Source: Amphiscolops sp. MND2022
Taxonomy: Eukaryota
Reading direction: 5' to 3'
Assembly (NCBI GenBank): GCA_964187785.1
Contig: OZ076409.1
Location: forward strand, 24,120,001-24,184,000
Length of the DNA: 64,000 bases
Shown: positions 61,471 to 64,000 of the stretch, piece by piece
Layout of the letters: the number at the start of each line of letters is the position of its first letter
How positions within the stretch are numbered: the first letter of the stretch is position 1
Translations under genes and position numbers: made by a program
Notes under the pieces: model-generated
Seen by the model: the letters and a program-made list of their open reading frames with translations, nothing else
What the model was told of the DNA's origin: nothing
Databases searched by the model: none

Positions 61471-61769
61471 TCAGTACGGTTGAAATGAATAAGTTTGCAA
61501 AATAAAATGATTTTGACTCACTTTAACTGTAATCTTTTTTTAGCTATGGAAACAAGTAGGAACTTTCAAACTGGCAGTGTTTTTTGGTTTCATGTCGGGA
61601 ACTTCTTAAATGAATCAACCGTTGATTCATTTAAGAAGTTCCCGACATGAAACCAAAAAACACTGCCAGTTTGAAAGTTCCTACTTGTTTCCAAAGCTAA
61701 AAAAAAATTACAGTTAAAGAGAGTCAAAATAATTTTATTTTGCAAACTCATTCATTTCAACCGTACTGA
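61471..61769. repeat. 299-bp near-perfect palindrome
   Basis: Arms 61471-61619 and 61621-61769, 1-nt spacer, about 5 mismatches by eye, all in the outer half. Confidence 0.95.
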
Positions 61770-62967
61770 CGTACAGTACCGTCGTGACGACAAAAGCATA
61801 AATTTCCCTCAAAACCGAGTTTCTTTTCAAAAAAAGCAACCTTTCTGTAGTTATTATGCCTAGACTTTGGCCTAGACTTTGGCGGTGTTCTTGAAAATCA
61901 AGGTACTTTGAAGTGTCGCTCTGTTTTCCAGGTATAAACCTTCTCTTTTTTCATCTGCCAGAGGTTTCAACCTTTTCCTTTGCAGTTTCTGGCTTCCTTA
62001 GTGCTGCCTTGGAAGTAAGTTTCCTCCTTTTTGGGGGTGTGTTTTCCAGGTGTTCAATCATTCAGTCTCTACTTTCCAGTCGTCAATAAAAAATGTCTTC
62101 CTGTTTGGATAAAAAGCAGCCGCTAGTAGACACATTAAAGGCCCTTGTCTGTCGCTAGATGGCTCTGAATTAATAATATTAATGGGCCACCAGTCTCGCC
62201 ATTTTATTATTGTCCATTAATATTTAACGGCTTTTTACTGCGTCATCTCCTCTGTAAACGTTTTAATTTTTCCTTCATATCTTCCGACCAACAAAACGCA
62301 CCATCAAGCGGAAAGCAAAGGCGTCCTAAGAAAAGAGCACCTTTGAAGTTGGAATTAATTGAAGGTTGAATAAGAGTACTTTGATCACAAATATTTTTGG
62401 ATGCGACGAAGGGCCAAAAGGTGAACCAAATTATCAACTAAAAGACTTCCAAAGAATTATTAATCCATTGTTTTAGATATCTCCACCTCGTTTGATTGAG
62501 GTCCAAATAAAAGAAAATCTCGCCCAATCAAGCTATTCTGAAAGGTTGCATTGAAAAAAATTACCACTTAATATAGCATTTTGAAACCTTATCTGGCAGA
62601 AGTTTATGGTTAAGAAAGAGCATAAAAAGTGTTCTTTTTTGGAGAAAGTCTCCTAAGAGCACTAAAATTTACAATATTCCATAAAAAAACTTCAAGTGTT
62701 TACAAATACTCACAACATGAAGTCCTATTGAATAGACTCAAACTTAAATGCTGATTAGCGAATTCACTTCGGCATGTTTTTCGAAAGAACCGAGTCATTT
62801 TGTCGCATTTTTCCGAGTATTTGAACACGTCAGGAAAAAGCATCTCTAAACACGCAGATCCGAATCTGATCTTTTGAATTTTGTTTATCAACTGTGCATC
62901 TGACTAATGTACTCAAAAGAGGGAGAGCATTTTGTTGATATCGTTACCCTCAGCAGTTCATTATCAT

Positions 62968-64000
62968 CCCGGGTTGACCCTCTTACTAGCATCTTGGCTG
63001 TCTTGGCAAGATCTTGCCAAATTCTTACTACATTTTGGCAACCATGGATCCCATGGCAAGATTCTTATTAAGATCTTATTAAGATAATACTTATTCCAAG
63101 ATCTTATCTTATCACGATGGACAAAATTTTAAGATTATAAAAAAAACACTATACCTTCGGTACAAGCAGCCGAGACTCAATCTAAAGGCTCATTTCACCC
63201 AACAACGACTATTTCTACTCGTTTTCATAATCAAAATGCTTAAACCTGCTGAAAAAATTTTGCATGCAAAAATGAGTGAAAAATTACGATAATGTAGTCT
63301 GGCTTCCGAAATTTTGACGAGAATCCTAATAACTGCTCACCTGTTTAGGACTAAGAAATGCGAATGTACCAAAAGAAAGGTCATTTCAAGGGCTTTCCAA
63401 AACTTGTAATTTATCACTCCTGTCGATTGCAGAGACGGAGAAATATGCTCCCAAACGTCCAGTTCCACTATCGGAAAGTTACAGAGGAAAGACCTCAAAA
63501 TCCTGAAATTTTTGTAAAAATCATATTTCCAGCATTCTTTGAGCCTGTTTCAGCAGCCCTATCACTGCTAGAAACGGCGGTCATCGCTCTTATTTGGGTA
63601 ATGATTCAGCTGAAGGCTATTCTGACGCCTTATTGGCGACAGTTTTGCAATTGAAAGAACAATATCGATATCGGAATGGTTGTAAAAATCATTCAGTCAT
63701 TTTGTTATGAGTGATGTCTAGATTATTTTTCCATAACTCTTAATTTAATGGTTTTCTGATTCTACTTTTTCTCGATATCGAGCAGTTCGTAGCAATTTTT
63801 TCTTGCCATATTCGGCTTCTTAGTTAGATTTTTCTTGCCAAATTGGGCTTCTTAGTAAGATTTTTCTTGCCATATTGGGCTTCTTAGTAAGATTTTTCTT
63901 GGAAACATGGCTCTCTTGATAAGATCTTACCATGGCATCTTGCAATTCTTGGCAATATCTTGTCACGATCTTAGCTAAGATTTTTCCAAGATCTTGGCAA
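62968..64000 (-). mobile_element. Second copy (inverted, runs off the window) of the CMC/EnSpm-like family at 46716-47771
   Basis: 62968-63085 is the reverse complement of ~47655-47771; ~63740-64000 is the reverse complement of ~46755-46990. Confidence 0.8.

Noticed and set aside
61860..62070. Lys/Arg-rich coding-like remnant (PPKRRK) on the minus strand
   Set aside because: Short, interrupted by stops, no identifiable domain.

Overview
AT-rich, transposon-dense animal (invertebrate-type) genomic DNA. One host gene is recognisable: a four-exon LIX1/LIX1L (Drosophila lowfat) homologue on the minus strand (CDS 56321-11487, 318 aa) whose first intron is about 41.5 kb. The window also holds a frameshifted Tc1 (DD34E) transposase, a full-length but decayed BEL/Pao LTR retrotransposon (1705-10652), and, inside LIX1L intron 1, a very large Ty3/Gypsy element (about 15968-34170) fused through a deletion junction to a second, related BEL/Pao element (34192-42284). 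The rest is non-autonomous DNA-transposon, Helentron-like and SINE-like repeats plus a 299-bp near-perfect palindrome. The most unusual object is the Gypsy element. It has a ~3 kb leader, a long Gag with two CCHC knuckles, a degenerate protease-like repeat in front of the active protease, a Pol C-terminal tail with two degenerate TARG1/OARD1-like macrodomains, and an intact 1442-codon extra ORF in the env position that is not env-like and contains an SGNH/GDSL-hydrolase-like domain. Domain calls are by-eye motif alignments; no database searches were run.
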